From positions 800,001-864,000 of the forward strand of contig CAVTBU010000006.1 of NCBI GenBank assembly GCA_963733035.1: a DNA stretch of 64,000 bases. The letters are read 5' to 3'. The position numbers and the translations under genes are program-made. Shown one piece after another: positions 21,603 through 32,136 of this stretch (the stretch's first letter is position 1; each line of letters opens with the position of its first letter). The DNA is from Pirellulales bacterium. GTDB lineage: Bacteria; Planctomycetota; Planctomycetia; Pirellulales; PALSA-1355. Under the pieces are notes generated by a model. It did no database searches. It had not been told where the DNA came from and saw nothing but the letters and a program-made list of their open reading frames with translations.

Positions 21603-22892
21603 ATGCGACGTATCTCCGTCTGGCCAATTTGCTTGTTATCGCTAATCGTGTTTGGCGTTGCCGCCGGTGTCCGCGGCGATAGCCCGTTGTGTTCCGTCGC
21701 CGACTATTTGCCGGCCGATTTCGCGCGCGACGGTTCGGTTGTCTACCGGGACGAAATACAGCGTGCGATCGACGAGGCCGCCGAATCGGGCCGCACGCTG
21801 GTGTTTCCGTCGATCACATACGCCGCCGATGAACGTGGCTGGCAACTTCACGGTGGCTCGCGGCTGCGAATGACTGGGGCGGTATTTGAAGTGCGCGCCG
21901 ACGCCAAGTCCGACGGCGCCGTATTCAACGGCCGCGACGTCAACGACGTCGAGCTCGTCGGCGGCAAGATCGTCGGCCGCAACGATGTCTGGCCCGATGG
22001 GGTCAACGTGCGCGGCGTTTATATTACTGGCCAGTCGTCGGGCATTCGAATCGTGGGCCTCCATGCCCACGGACTCAGCAGCAACGGCATTGGCATTTTT
22101 GGCGCCGAAGGCAACCTGATTCGGGACGTATGGATCGAAGATGCGGTGCTTGTGCATTGTTGCAATCGCTATCCCGAGTATCTTTCCGAAGAAAAGTGGG
22201 AACAGGGAAGCCAGCGCGAAGATCAAGGGCTCGTGGCCTGCTATTTTGTCGAGGACTTCGTGGTCCGTGGCTGCCGCCTGGAACGTTCTCGATCCGACGG
22301 CACGCATTTTTACCGCTGTCGCCGCGGTCAGATTACCGATAACCGCATCTATCACGCCAAAATGGGAGGCTATTTCGTCGAAACGTGCGACGACGTAATC
22401 GGCCGTGGCAACGTGATGCTGGGCAACGGTTCGCGCGGCACGACCATCGAGCGCGGCTCGCGCAATTGCATCTTCTCCGGCAACGTCGTCAGCGGCAGCG
22501 GCCGCGAAGGATTGTGGGCGCCCGATTGCGTCGGCCTGGTCGTCACTTCCAACGTTTTCGACCGCAATGGCCGTAAACCAAACGGCCCCGAGCGGCGCTA
22601 CATCTGGAACGCCAACATCACGATCAACGACTCGCACGGCGATCCGTCCAATTCACCGACGCAAGGCTACGTCGTTGCCGACAACATCATTACGACGACC
22701 GCCGATCAGGTCGCGGCCATTCGCGTCGACACGGTCGACGCCACGGAGTCCATCGTTGTACGCGGCAATTTGCTCTGCGGCGAAAACGACAAGGTCCTCA
22801 TCGAAGGACCACGGGCCGCGGAAGTGCACTTCAACGACCCCACGGGAATCCGTGCCACCGGTTCGGCGTCAACAGCGCGGCAAGCCGACTAG
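21603..22892 (+). CDS. Secreted right-handed parallel beta-helix protein (pectate-lyase-like)
   Basis: Signal peptide, IQRAIDEA..LVFP and repeated I-x-x-N beta-helix turns. Confidence 0.75.
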   Translation: MRRISVWPICLLSLIVFGVAAGVRGDSPLCSVADYLPADFARDGSVVYRDEIQRAIDEAAESGRTLVFPSITYAADERGWQLHGGSRLRMTGAVFEVRADAKSDGAVFNGRDVNDVELVGGKIVGRNDVWPDGVNVRGVYITGQSSGIRIVGLHAHGLSSNGIGIFGAEGNLIRDVWIEDAVLVHCCNRYPEYLSEEKWEQGSQREDQGLVACYFVEDFVVRGCRLERSRSDGTHFYRCRRGQITDNRIYHAKMGGYFVETCDDVIGRGNVMLGNGSRGTTIERGSRNCIFSGNVVSGSGREGLWAPDCVGLVVTSNVFDRNGRKPNGPERRYIWNANITINDSHGDPSNSPTQGYVVADNIITTTADQVAAIRVDTVDATESIVVRGNLLCGENDKVLIEGPRAAEVHFNDPTGIRATGSASTARQAD

Positions 22893-24010
22893 CGCCGTGC
22901 GAGTGTGTTGCCGCTCAAGCGTTTTACGAGCCGCCGCATCTCCAAGGCGCTGATGGTCGACAGGACTTGCCCGGTCGGCAGGCCGCTGGCGGCAACGATG
23001 GCGTCGATCGTCGTGGCGTCCGTATTGATCGCGGCCAGCACCTGCTGCTCGATCTCGTTGAGCAACAGCTCGGCCGGATGATGGACCGCCTGGCCATCGG
23101 CATTCTCGGCCGGAGCCACCAACGGACCAAGCTCTTCCAGAATGTCCTCCGGCGTTTCCACCAACTTTGCGCCGTCGCGAATCAGGCGGTGGCAGCCGCG
23201 CGACATGCGACTATCGATCCTGCCCGGCACGGCGAACACCTCGCGGCCTTGTTCCATGGCATGGCGTGCCGAGATGAGCGCGCCGGATTGCACCGATGCT
23301 TCGACGACCAGCACGCCCAGTGACAATCCGCTGATGATCCGATTTCGCTGCGGAAACGCGCCGGCCATCGGCGGGCTCTCGGGTGGTGCTTCGCTGACAA
23401 CGGCTCCCCGCGCCGCAATTTCCAGCGAAAGCTCGGCATGTTCCGGCGGATAGAGATTGAGCACGCCACTGCCGAGAACCGCGATTGTCCTTCCACCCGC
23501 GGCGAGCGCTCCGCGATGTGCCGCGCCGTCGATACCTCGCGCCAGCCCGCTGGTGATCGTCATTCCGGCTCGTGCCAAGCTGGCCGCCAATCGTTCGGCC
23601 TGCGCGAGTCCATACTGAGTGGCATGCCGTGAGCCGACGATTGCCATGGCGATTGCATCCTGCGGCAGGATCTGCCCGCGCACGAACAGGATGCCTGGCG
23701 GGTCGTAAATTTCACGGAGCGAGCGCGGGTAGTCGTCGTCCTGATCGGTGAGGATGCGAATGTTGTGCGCCGCGCACAGGTCGAGCTGCGCCTGCACGTC
23801 GATCTCTTCCCTGGCGACGGCAATCCGCCGGGTCAACGCGCTGCCGACACCGGGCACGCCGCGCAACTCGGAAGGTGCCGCCGCGAGCACGGCCCCGGCG
23901 CTGCCGAACGCTTCGAGCAGTGCCTTGCGAAGTCGCGGGCCAACGCCCGGGATCAGCGACAGCCGCAGGGCGTCTGCCAGGGCCTCGCCGTTGGAACTAG
24001 AACGGTTCAT
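22889..24010 (-). CDS. dprA: DNA-processing protein DprA
   Basis: AIVGSR, SGLARGIDGAAH, FPQRNRIISG, SGALISA and C-terminal winged helix. Confidence 0.96.
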   Translation of the reverse strand: MNRSSSNGEALADALRLSLIPGVGPRLRKALLEAFGSAGAVLAAAPSELRGVPGVGSALTRRIAVAREEIDVQAQLDLCAAHNIRILTDQDDDYPRSLREIYDPPGILFVRGQILPQDAIAMAIVGSRHATQYGLAQAERLAASLARAGMTITSGLARGIDGAAHRGALAAGGRTIAVLGSGVLNLYPPEHAELSLEIAARGAVVSEAPPESPPMAGAFPQRNRIISGLSLGVLVVEASVQSGALISARHAMEQGREVFAVPGRIDSRMSRGCHRLIRDGAKLVETPEDILEELGPLVAPAENADGQAVHHPAELLLNEIEQQVLAAINTDATTIDAIVAASGLPTGQVLSTISALEMRRLVKRLSGNTLARR

Positions 24011-24112
24011 CGGTGCTTGGGCGGTGTCGGCTCGGAAGGGCGGTTCACACCGCCGGCGGAAACAGTCTACACCACGGGTGGGGTGACTGGCACCCCTGGC
24101 AAAACCAATCGC

Positions 24113-25192
24113 CTACCCGTGCAGTGCCGCCACGACATCGCAATCCTCGACCTCGCCCACGAGCTCCACGTGGCCCATCCGGGTCGGCAGCACGAATCGC
24201 AGCTTGCCGTGCTCGACTTTTTTGTCGTGTGCCATCGCGTTGAGCAGCGCCTGTGGGTCGACTTGCGGAAAATCCACCGGCAGCTTGAGGGCCTTCAGCA
24301 GCTTGCGTTGTCGCGCCGTGAACTTGCGGTCCACCCGACCCAAGCGTTCGGCCAGCCGCGAGGCGCAGAGCATGCCCAGCGAGACGGCTTCGCCGTGTAG
24401 ATACTCGCCATAGCCAGTCACGGTTTCCAGGGCATGGCAAAAGGTGTGTCCGTAATTGAGGACGGCCCGTAGTCCAGTCAGCTCGCGCTCATCGGCGGCC
24501 ACCACGTCTGCCTTCAGTTCGCAGGACCGGGCGATGACATGCTGCAGTACGCCCGAGTCGCGCTGCGAGAGTTCCGCGACGTGGTCTTCGAGATAACTGA
24601 AAAAGTCAGCGTCCAGAATCACGCCATACTTGACCACCTCGGCCAGTCCGGCCCGATATTCACGCTCGGGCAGCGTGTCGAGCACCGAAGTGTCGATCAG
24701 CACACCGAGTGGTTGCCAGAAAGCTCCGACCATATTCTTCCCGCCGGCCAGGTTGACGCCGACTTTGCCGCCGACGGAGCTATCGACTTGGGCGAGCAGC
24801 GTGGTGGGCACCTGCACGAAAGCCAACCCGCGAGCAAACGACGCCGCTACGAACCCGGCCAGATCGCCGACCACGCCGCCGCCGACCGCAACGATCACAG
24901 TCTTGCGATCGGCTCCCAGTTCGAGCAACTTGTCCCATAGCCCGGCTGCCGAGGCGACGTTCTTGGTGGCTTCGCCCGGCTCGACGACCAGCAGATCGAC
25001 ATCGGCTCCGGCCTGCGACAGGCTGGTGGCGGCGGCCAGGGCATGCGGCGTTTCGACGTGCTCGTCGGTAATGATCACGGCATGTGACAAGCGGCACAGG
25101 CGACTGACCAACGGGCCTAGATCGCGCAAGTTGTCGGTGCCGATTTCGATCGGATAGCTGCGCTCGCTCAGCTTTACTTCGACGGTCGTCAC
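24113..25192 (-). CDS. aroB: 3-dehydroquinate synthase
   Basis: GGGVVGDLAGF, PTTLLAQVDSSVGGK, LNYGHTFCHA and HGEAV. Confidence 0.97.
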   Translation of the reverse strand: MTTVEVKLSERSYPIEIGTDNLRDLGPLVSRLCRLSHAVIITDEHVETPHALAAATSLSQAGADVDLLVVEPGEATKNVASAAGLWDKLLELGADRKTVIVAVGGGVVGDLAGFVAASFARGLAFVQVPTTLLAQVDSSVGGKVGVNLAGGKNMVGAFWQPLGVLIDTSVLDTLPEREYRAGLAEVVKYGVILDADFFSYLEDHVAELSQRDSGVLQHVIARSCELKADVVAADERELTGLRAVLNYGHTFCHALETVTGYGEYLHGEAVSLGMLCASRLAERLGRVDRKFTARQRKLLKALKLPVDFPQVDPQALLNAMAHDKKVEHGKLRFVLPTRMGHVELVGEVEDCDVVAALHG

Positions 25193-25230
25193 GCGACTTG
25201 GGTTCCTGGTTGCAACACGCGATTGGGTAC

Positions 25231-25253
25231 CACGGCTGGCTTGTCCAGCCGTG
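25231..25253. repeat. REP-like palindrome CACGGCTGG-CTTGT-CCAGCCGTG
   Basis: Perfect 9-bp stem; a 20/23-identical copy lies at 31964-31986. Confidence 0.7.
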
Positions 25254-25287
25254 TGCCAGCCAAAGGTATTAATCTACCAACACAAGC

Positions 25288-25394
25288 CCAGGCCGTGCGG
25301 GGCAATCGAGGGGACTGGCTGCGGGCAGACGGGCTCCAATTGACGGGGGCACACAGGCCCGGTGGCTGCCCCTCGATTGCCCCGCACGGCCTGG
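25288..25394. repeat. Perfect 26-bp inverted repeat enclosing 55 bp
   Basis: CCAGGCCGTGCGGGGCAATCGAGGGG (25288-25313) and its exact reverse complement (25369-25394). Confidence 0.92.
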
Positions 25395-25431
25395 ATCGCA
25401 CGAATGCCGGCTACCAAGTCTGGGCGACGGG

Positions 25432-25656
25432 CTACGCGCCCAGACGCTGTAGATCTTCTGGCGTGACCGTAATCTGACGTACAAAGCCGGTGTGCATGCG
25501 GACGTATTCCAACTCGTTAGCGTTGGCCGGGTCGGCGTGCAATTGTTCTTCGATATGGCGACGATCGGTCGGTTCCCAGTCGTCGTACTCGTCCGGCCAG
25601 ATGGTCGTGACCTCCATCACCAGGGCTTCGCGATACGGATCGAACTCGTTGGACAT
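25432..25656 (-). CDS. Small conserved hypothetical protein
   Basis: MSNEFDPYREALV..LEYVRMHTGFVRQITVT; coding-like composition. Confidence 0.7.
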   Translation of the reverse strand: MSNEFDPYREALVMEVTTIWPDEYDDWEPTDRRHIEEQLHADPANANELEYVRMHTGFVRQITVTPEDLQRLGA

Positions 25657-25782
25657 ACGGATATCAAGGCAATAGGATGACGAATCGATTGGCGATTGCC
25701 TCACAGTATACTACCCCCGTGGCGCGTGGCTAGTGGCCCGCGCATCTCGAGGTCGACGGCCCACTAGCGTTCGGAAAACGCC

Positions 25783-26450
25783 ATGCAACGCGGCAAGATC
25801 ACGATCTTGATTATCCTGTTGGTGGCGGTGGTCGCCGCGGTGTCGAGCGTCTTGTATCAAATTCGCGGTCAGCAGCGGGCCCAGGATTTTTGGGGTACGC
25901 AAACCGCGCTGCTCATCGACAAGGCGCCGCAGGTCGAAGTGCTTGAACTCGGCAAGCCGGCCGCCGGCCTCTCGCTCGGCGAAAACGACGAGCCGGAAGA
26001 TGAGCCCCCGCGCCGGCCGAGGGCGAACCGGACAACCCGCCGCCGATGCCAACGGCCAAGGCGGTCGAGTTCGACGGCACGCCCTGGATGATCGTCCACT
26101 CGAAAGACGCCGCCGCCGCCAAGGGCATTACCAACCTGCGGCGCGCTCTGGTGGTCGATACGACGTATGATTGGGGCGAGCCCACGACCGCCGAACCGCA
26201 TTGGACGCACGGCCTGGCCGTGGAAGACGGGCATGACTGGGCCACCGTGCTGTTTGACTTCGACTCCCGCCAGATCGGTCTGGCCGGCGGGCGCCGCACG
26301 GCGCTGCTGAACCCCGAGGCCAACAGCGAGTTCCAAGGCTTCTTTCGCGAACAATTCACCGCGCCCGAACCCGACAAGGTAAAGCCGGTCGAACCGCCGG
26401 CCTCCGAACCGACCGATTCGGCGGAGCAAACCGAGTCCGACTCAAATTGA
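25783..26450 (+). CDS. Membrane-anchored hypothetical protein with a frameshift in the C5 run at 26005-26009
   Basis: Adding one C joins ORF 25783 (TM N-terminus) to ORF 26046..26450 via EPPAPAEGEPDNPPPM. Confidence 0.7.
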
Positions 26451-26486
26451 ATTGGGGTGCGGATTCGGCGCCACGACAGGACGCTT

Positions 26487-27284
26487 CTACTGGCCCTTGA
26501 GTTGCCCGGCCTGCAACGCCGCCTGCGCGCGTTCGACTTCCAGGTAGTAGTCGCGTCGCTCGAGCAGTCGCGCCGCTTCCTCGTCGAGGATGGCGATCAC
26601 GTCGCGGTGCAGTTGCAGTGCCGAGGCCGTGACCTGCGCCGTGATCGGCCCTTCGATCGTATCGCGAATCGCCTTGGCCTTGTGCGGCCCGGCGGCCAAT
26701 AGCAGGCATTGCCGCGATTCGAGGATCGTGCCCACGCCCATCGTGATGGCCAGTCGCGGCACTTCCTGTTCGCTGCCGAAGAAGCGGGCGTTGTCGCGCA
26801 CCGTTTCGGCCGTCAACGTTTTGAGCCGCGTGCGACTGCCGAGCGATGAACCGGGTTCGTTGAACGCAATGTGACCGTCGCTGCCGATGCCCAGCACCTG
26901 CAGGTCGATGCCACCCTCGTCGGTGATCAGCCGTTCGTATTGCTCGCAGTAGGCTTCGAAGTCGAGCGCCCGGCCGTCGGGCACGTGTGTGTCGCGGGGA
27001 TCGATGTTGATGTGGTCGAACAAGTTCTGCTGCATGAAGAAGCGGTAACTTTGCGGATGGGTCGCGGTCAGCCCCACGTACTCGTCGAGGTTGAACGTGA
27101 CGACCCGCGAAAAGTCGAGTCCCTCCTCGCGGTGCAAGCGAATCAGCTCCGAGTACATCCCCAGCGGCGTGCTCCCGGTGGCCAACCCCAGCACGCAGTT
27201 CGGGCGTTTGCGCACTAGTTGTGCCACGAATTGGGCGGCTCGCCGGCTGACGCCATCCTTATCCTGTTCCACGATCACACGCAT
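26487..27284 (-). CDS. nagB: Glucosamine-6-phosphate deaminase
   Basis: LGLATGSTP, TFNLDEY, LGIGSDGHIAFNEPG and ITMGVGTI. Confidence 0.97.
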   Translation of the reverse strand: MRVIVEQDKDGVSRRAAQFVAQLVRKRPNCVLGLATGSTPLGMYSELIRLHREEGLDFSRVVTFNLDEYVGLTATHPQSYRFFMQQNLFDHINIDPRDTHVPDGRALDFEAYCEQYERLITDEGGIDLQVLGIGSDGHIAFNEPGSSLGSRTRLKTLTAETVRDNARFFGSEQEVPRLAITMGVGTILESRQCLLLAAGPHKAKAIRDTIEGPITAQVTASALQLHRDVIAILDEEAARLLERRDYYLEVERAQAALQAGQLKGQ

Positions 27285-27569
27285 CGAAGCAGCTCCACAA
27301 GTTGATCGAACGACATCTTTCAGACTACCACGTTTTCCCGTCCGACGACGCCCAACAGCCGGGAAACCGTATGTTTTAATAGAAGCCTCCGACCGAGCCT
27401 ATAGGCCACCCGGCTCGAACAATCTTGCATGCTCACGCATGGGCTCGATCGCTCTAGGCCCTGGCGGCCCTCCCCGCTACAATCCGCCGGATTTTTTGCC
27501 CCTCTTCGTGCTGCGCTGCGCCGTCCCGCACCCTCGGGCCGGCCTCCTTTTCAGGAGCGAACGCCAAGG

Positions 27570-30500
27570 ATGACACGTCGCCTGAGCTTCCGAGCTTCCG
27601 TCACCTGGTTCTGTACGTGGCTGTTTGCCGCCGCGGCGCTGGCCATCGAACCGTTGCACGCCGACCCGATGTTGGCCGACGCACAACTGGCCGACGTCAA
27701 ATTCGTCGACAGCCAGCAGGGCTGGGCCGTGGGCGATCGGGGTGTCATCTGGCACACCGTCGATGGCGGCACGAACTGGGAAACGCAGAACTCGGGCGTC
27801 GAGTGCCGCTTGTCGAGCCTGTTTTTTCTGAACGACAAAATCGGCTGGGCGGCCGGCGGCTACACGCAGCCTTACACGCATGCCACGGTGGGCGTTGTGC
27901 TGCAAACCCGCGACGGCGGTCAGCACTGGACGATCCAGCGAGACCGCATTCTGCCTGCGATCCGGCAGATCGGTTTTTTCGACTCGCATGATGGTTGGGC
28001 CGTGGGACAGAGTTCCGCACTTTTTCCCAGCGGGGTCTATACCACGAACGACGGTGGACGAAGCTGGTCGGCCGTGCCGGGCGAAGTGGCCCGCGCCTGG
28101 TTAACCGCCGATTTTCTCGATCCCAACACGGCCGCGCTTGCCGGCCGCGATAGCCTGGTGGCCACGGCCAGCCGACGGGGCGTCGAGCCGCGACCGGCGG
28201 ACTTCGGCCTGCGCACATTGAACCGCCTGAAGCTCGTCGCGCCGACCGGCGGCTGGCTGGTAGGCGACGGCGGACTGATTCTGCAAACCAGCGACGCCGG
28301 CAAGAGCTGGCAGACCACTGCCGGCGTGCTGCCGCCAGGCGCCGCCACGCAGTTCGACTACGGCGCGCTGGCCGTTCGCGGCAACCATGTTTGGGTGGCC
28401 GGAACTCCCGGCACGCGCGTCTTGCACAGCGCCGACGGCGGCCAAACCTGGAATTCTGCCGACACGCGCCAAACCTTGCCGATCCGCAGTCTCTTCTTCG
28501 TCGACGACCAACTCGGCTGGGCCGTGGGCGACCTCGGCACGATTCTGGCCACCACCGACGGCGGCCGAACCTGGCGCCGCCAACGATCCGGTGGCGCGCA
28601 GAGCGCATTCGCGGGATTCTTCAGCCGGCCAGCGCAACTTCCACACGAACTCATCGCCCGCCTGGCGGCCGACGAAGGTTATCTCGGTGTCATGGAAGTG
28701 CTAAACCGCGAGGATGCGGAAATCCGCTCGCCCGAAGATCCCGACGCGCTTGCGCATCAATCGAGTGTCGCGGCCGGAGCCAGCGTGGGCTCGGTGGCCT
28801 GGCGGTTTCCGCTCCGTTCGGCGGATCTCAAGCTTTCGGCCGATCAATTGATCGACGACTGGAATCGGGTGAACGACGGTCAGGCCCTGGCCAAGCTCGA
28901 AGGCCACATCGTGGGTCGCATCCGCATGTGGCGTCCGAGCGTGGTGTTTACGCTGGCCGCCGACGCCCGAGATCCGTTGGCCCTGGCGATCAACCAGATG
29001 GTCCTCACCGCGGCCGAACACGCCGGCGATCCGAAGCACTACCCCGAACATATTGCCGAAGCCGGCTTGCAGCCGTGGAAGGTCGAGAAGGTTTACGCCG
29101 CGCTCGGCGACGGAGTCGGCACTACGAACATCAATACGGCCCAGGTCACGGCGCGGCTGGGACGTTCGATTGGCGAGCTCGCCTCGCCTGCCCGCGGACT
29201 GGTGGCCCGGCAGTACGTGGCGCCCAAGCCGAACGTCGGTTTTCGGTTGCTCATCGATCAGATTCCCCAGGGACTCGGCGAGCGTGACTTCTTCAGCGGG
29301 ATCGCGCTTTCGCCCGGTGGCGAAGCCCGGCGCGCCTATGCCGAAACCACGCGGAACAACCTGGCGGCCGCTCAACGCGAGGCGCAGATGTTTCGCAACT
29401 TGCAGGCCATCCTGGCGCAGGCCGACAATAGCCCGGCCAGCGGTCACTTTCTGGCAAACATCGGTGATCAAACCCGGCGGCTCGAGCCCGACCGAGCCGC
29501 CGAGGTGCTGTTTCAACTCGGCAAGCGCTACTGGATGAAAGGCCGGCCCGACATGGCCGCCGAGTGCTACGAGGTCATCGCCGAGCGGTACGCCAACCAT
29601 CCGCTTGGCGGCGCGGCACTCGTCTGGCTCGTACAGTATTACTCCAGCGGCGAAACGGCACACCGCGCGCGGGCTGCCGGACAAATCACGGCCCAGCAGG
29701 CCACGGCGCACGTGCTTGTGCCAGGTAAGAGCTTTGCCGTCGGCGGCGGGCTGCCGGCGGCCGGTTCGCCCGAGGCTGTGCGTCGGGCCGGCGGAGTTGC
29801 CGCCGAGTCCGGCGTGGTGACGGCCGGGGGACTGGTGGCGGACCCTGCTCAAAGTCAGCGCTGGGCCAAGGCGTGCGGCTATGCCGAGCAACTCGAACAA
29901 GTCGAACCAGCCTATGCCTTCGAGCCGCGCGTCCGATTCCCACTTGCCGTGTCCCAGCGGCGGCAAGGTCTCTCGGGAGCCGCGAACCGATTCTATCAAG
30001 CGCTGCGGCACCATCGCCCGCCCGACGCCTGGTGGGCCTGCGGTCAAAGCGAGCTTTGGCTCACTGGCGAGCGCAGCGATCAGCCGCCCAAGCCGCTTTG
30101 GAGTTGTCCGCGCACGCCGGGCAAGCCGCATCTCGACGGCAAGCTCGACGAGCCGCTGTGGCACGCGTCCAACGTCGTCGAGCTGTGCAGTCCTCAGCGC
30201 GACGACAGCCAGTGGGGCGCCGTGGCCATGCTGGCCTACGACGACGAGTTCCTCTACATCGGCGTGAGCTGTACGCGTGCCGAGCCGTTTCGCTACCAAT
30301 CGTCCGACAAGCCGCGGCCGCGCGACGCCGATCTCGACGATCAGGATCGCGTGGAGCTGCTTATTGACGTTGATCGTGACTACGCCACGTTCTATCGCCT
30401 GGCAATTGATCACCGCGGCTGGACGGCCGAAAGCTGCTGGCACGACCCGACCTGGAACCCTGCCTGGTTTGTCGCGTCGGACGGCAACGACCAGCAGTGG

Positions 30501-30677
30501 ACGGCCGAAGCCGCCATTCCGTTGGCCGAGTTGAGCGATCAATCGCCCGATGCCAAAACCGTGTGGGCAGTGGGAGTGCAGCGCGTGGTTCCGGGCGTCG
30601 GCTTTCAATCGTGGACCACTCCCGCCGCGCCTGAGATTGTGCCCGAGGGCTTTGGCTATCTCACGTTCCAGCCCTAG
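27570..30677 (+). CDS. YCF48-like beta-propeller/BNR-repeat protein with a C-terminal sugar-binding-like domain
   Basis: Repeated GWAVG..T.DGG..W (BNR/Asp-box) and C-terminal PHLDGKLDEPLW..DRVELLIDVDRD. Confidence 0.8.
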   Translation: MTRRLSFRASVTWFCTWLFAAAALAIEPLHADPMLADAQLADVKFVDSQQGWAVGDRGVIWHTVDGGTNWETQNSGVECRLSSLFFLNDKIGWAAGGYTQPYTHATVGVVLQTRDGGQHWTIQRDRILPAIRQIGFFDSHDGWAVGQSSALFPSGVYTTNDGGRSWSAVPGEVARAWLTADFLDPNTAALAGRDSLVATASRRGVEPRPADFGLRTLNRLKLVAPTGGWLVGDGGLILQTSDAGKSWQTTAGVLPPGAATQFDYGALAVRGNHVWVAGTPGTRVLHSADGGQTWNSADTRQTLPIRSLFFVDDQLGWAVGDLGTILATTDGGRTWRRQRSGGAQSAFAGFFSRPAQLPHELIARLAADEGYLGVMEVLNREDAEIRSPEDPDALAHQSSVAAGASVGSVAWRFPLRSADLKLSADQLIDDWNRVNDGQALAKLEGHIVGRIRMWRPSVVFTLAADARDPLALAINQMVLTAAEHAGDPKHYPEHIAEAGLQPWKVEKVYAALGDGVGTTNINTAQVTARLGRSIGELASPARGLVARQYVAPKPNVGFRLLIDQIPQGLGERDFFSGIALSPGGEARRAYAETTRNNLAAAQREAQMFRNLQAILAQADNSPASGHFLANIGDQTRRLEPDRAAEVLFQLGKRYWMKGRPDMAAECYEVIAERYANHPLGGAALVWLVQYYSSGETAHRARAAGQITAQQATAHVLVPGKSFAVGGGLPAAGSPEAVRRAGGVAAESGVVTAGGLVADPAQSQRWAKACGYAEQLEQVEPAYAFEPRVRFPLAVSQRRQGLSGAANRFYQALRHHRPPDAWWACGQSELWLTGERSDQPPKPLWSCPRTPGKPHLDGKLDEPLWHASNVVELCSPQRDDSQWGAVAMLAYDDEFLYIGVSCTRAEPFRYQSSDKPRPRDADLDDQDRVELLIDVDRDYATFYRLAIDHRGWTAESCWHDPTWNPAWFVASDGNDQQWTAEAAIPLAELSDQSPDAKTVWAVGVQRVVPGVGFQSWTTPAAPEIVPEGFGYLTFQP

Positions 30678-30731
30678 CGCGCCGGCGGCAACGTTCGGCA
30701 CCGGCTTGCGGCACGGTTGGCTTGGCGCACG

Positions 30732-30768
30732 AAAAAGGGCCGGAAGCCGAGTCGACTTCCAGCCCTTG
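30732..30768 (-). terminator. Terminator hairpin downstream of rpsI
   Basis: AAAAGGGC-CGGAAG...CTTCCA-GCCCTT imperfect stem with an A-tract. Confidence 0.55.
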
Positions 30769-30791
30769 GTTTTTCGTTGGCCGTCGCGCTC

Positions 30792-31205
30792 TTAACGCTT
30801 CGAGAACTGCGTACCGCGGCGGGCTCCACGCAGGCCGTAGTGCTTGCGTTCCTTCATGCGGCTGTCGCGAGTCAGCAGGTGATTGTGCCGCAAGGGATCG
30901 AACGTCTCGGAGTCAAACTTGATCAGCGCCCGGGCGATGCCGAGCATGCAGGCGCCCGACTGGCCGGTGGTGCCGCCGCCATGCACGCGAATCGACACGT
31001 CGACCGCGTCCAGCTTGCCGCTCTTTTCGAGCGGCGCCAGCACATTGCGGCGATCGCGATCGTTGACGAAGAATTCGTCAAACGGGCGATCGTTGATCAG
31101 AATCGTGCCCTTACCCGGACGGACGCGCACGCGGGCAACCGAAGTCTTGCGGCGTCCGGTACCCAAACTGTCGTTCGCTTTCGAAACTTTCGCGGCCTCT
31201 GCCAT
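30792..31205 (-). CDS. rpsI: 30S ribosomal protein S9
   Basis: GTGRRKTSVARV, GGGTTGQSGA and C-terminal QFSKR. Confidence 0.98.
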   Translation of the reverse strand: MAEAAKVSKANDSLGTGRRKTSVARVRVRPGKGTILINDRPFDEFFVNDRDRRNVLAPLEKSGKLDAVDVSIRVHGGGTTGQSGACMLGIARALIKFDSETFDPLRHNHLLTRDSRMKERKHYGLRGARRGTQFSKR

Positions 31206-31268
31206 CGGTTAGCTCTTTCAATCCTGCGGGAGGAATTGGACGGTGAATGATTGGTGATTGACTGCCGG

Positions 31269-31721
31269 CTACTTCTTGATAGCCAACTCTTTGGGCTGTG
31301 GATCCTGCGCCTGGTGCGGATGCTCGTTGCCGGCATAAACCTTCAGCTTATCGAGCATCTTGGTCGCCAGCTTGTTCTTCGGGAGCATGCGGCGCACGGC
31401 TTCGGTCAGAATCGACGCCGGATCGCGCTCGAAGCGCGTGCGGGCCGTTTCGCTCTGCAAGCCGGGGTAGCCCGTGGTCCAAGTGTAAACCTTCTGGTCC
31501 CACTTCTTGCCCGACAAGACAACTTTGTCGACGTTGATCACCACGACGTAATCGCCGGTGTCGGTGTGCGGGGTGTAGGTGGGGCGATGCTTGCCCATCA
31601 AGATCATGGCGATATCGCTGGCCAGCCGGCCGACGACCTTCTCGTTGGCATCGACAAGCCACCACTTCTTTTCCAACTCGCCGGGCTTGGCCATGTAGCT
31701 TTTGACAGTTGCCGTCTGCAT
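31269..31721 (-). CDS. rplM: 50S ribosomal protein L13
   Basis: WWLVDA..GRLAS..GKHRPTYTPHTDTGD..RRMLPKN..HPHQAQ. Confidence 0.98.
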   Translation of the reverse strand: MQTATVKSYMAKPGELEKKWWLVDANEKVVGRLASDIAMILMGKHRPTYTPHTDTGDYVVVINVDKVVLSGKKWDQKVYTWTTGYPGLQSETARTRFERDPASILTEAVRRMLPKNKLATKMLDKLKVYAGNEHPHQAQDPQPKELAIKK

Positions 31722-31963
31722 GTTTCACTCTTGATTCGCGTGTCGGGAGCCGGGCCAGCGCATAACATGGCGGCCGCCAGCCCCCGTAGGGGAAACCGCT
31801 AATTTAGCGGCTCCAGCCCGTTCGTTCAAGGCAGAGCCCCGCGGCTTTTACGGCTGGCGTTGGTCAGGCCTTGGCCTGACGTGGAGCGAATTGTGCTGTC
31901 CTGTCAGGCCAACTCATGACCTACCGCTCGGCAATTATGCGAATCATGAAAGTTGTTGGCTGC

Positions 31964-31986
31964 CGCGGCTGGCTCGCCCAGCCGTG
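31964..31986. repeat. REP-like palindrome, second copy
   Basis: CGCGGCTGG-CTCGC-CCAGCCGTG, 20/23 identical to 25231-25253. Confidence 0.6.
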
Positions 31987-32136
31987 CTTTCCCTGCGACC
32001 GCATACCAGGAATCTCACAACATTACTTTCCTGTTCCGCCAACACGCACGTCCCCGACCCGCTTTCGGTCGACCGCCGATTCTGCCACAATCGGGGCACT
32101 TCCGCGCCCAACCTTCATCCCTAAGTCGCTCGCCCC

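Noticed and set aside
28701..30701. 666-aa minus-strand ORF and similar long shadow ORFs (e.g. 38906..40114, 32023..33165)
   Set aside because: Antisense to well-supported genes, as expected in high-GC DNA.
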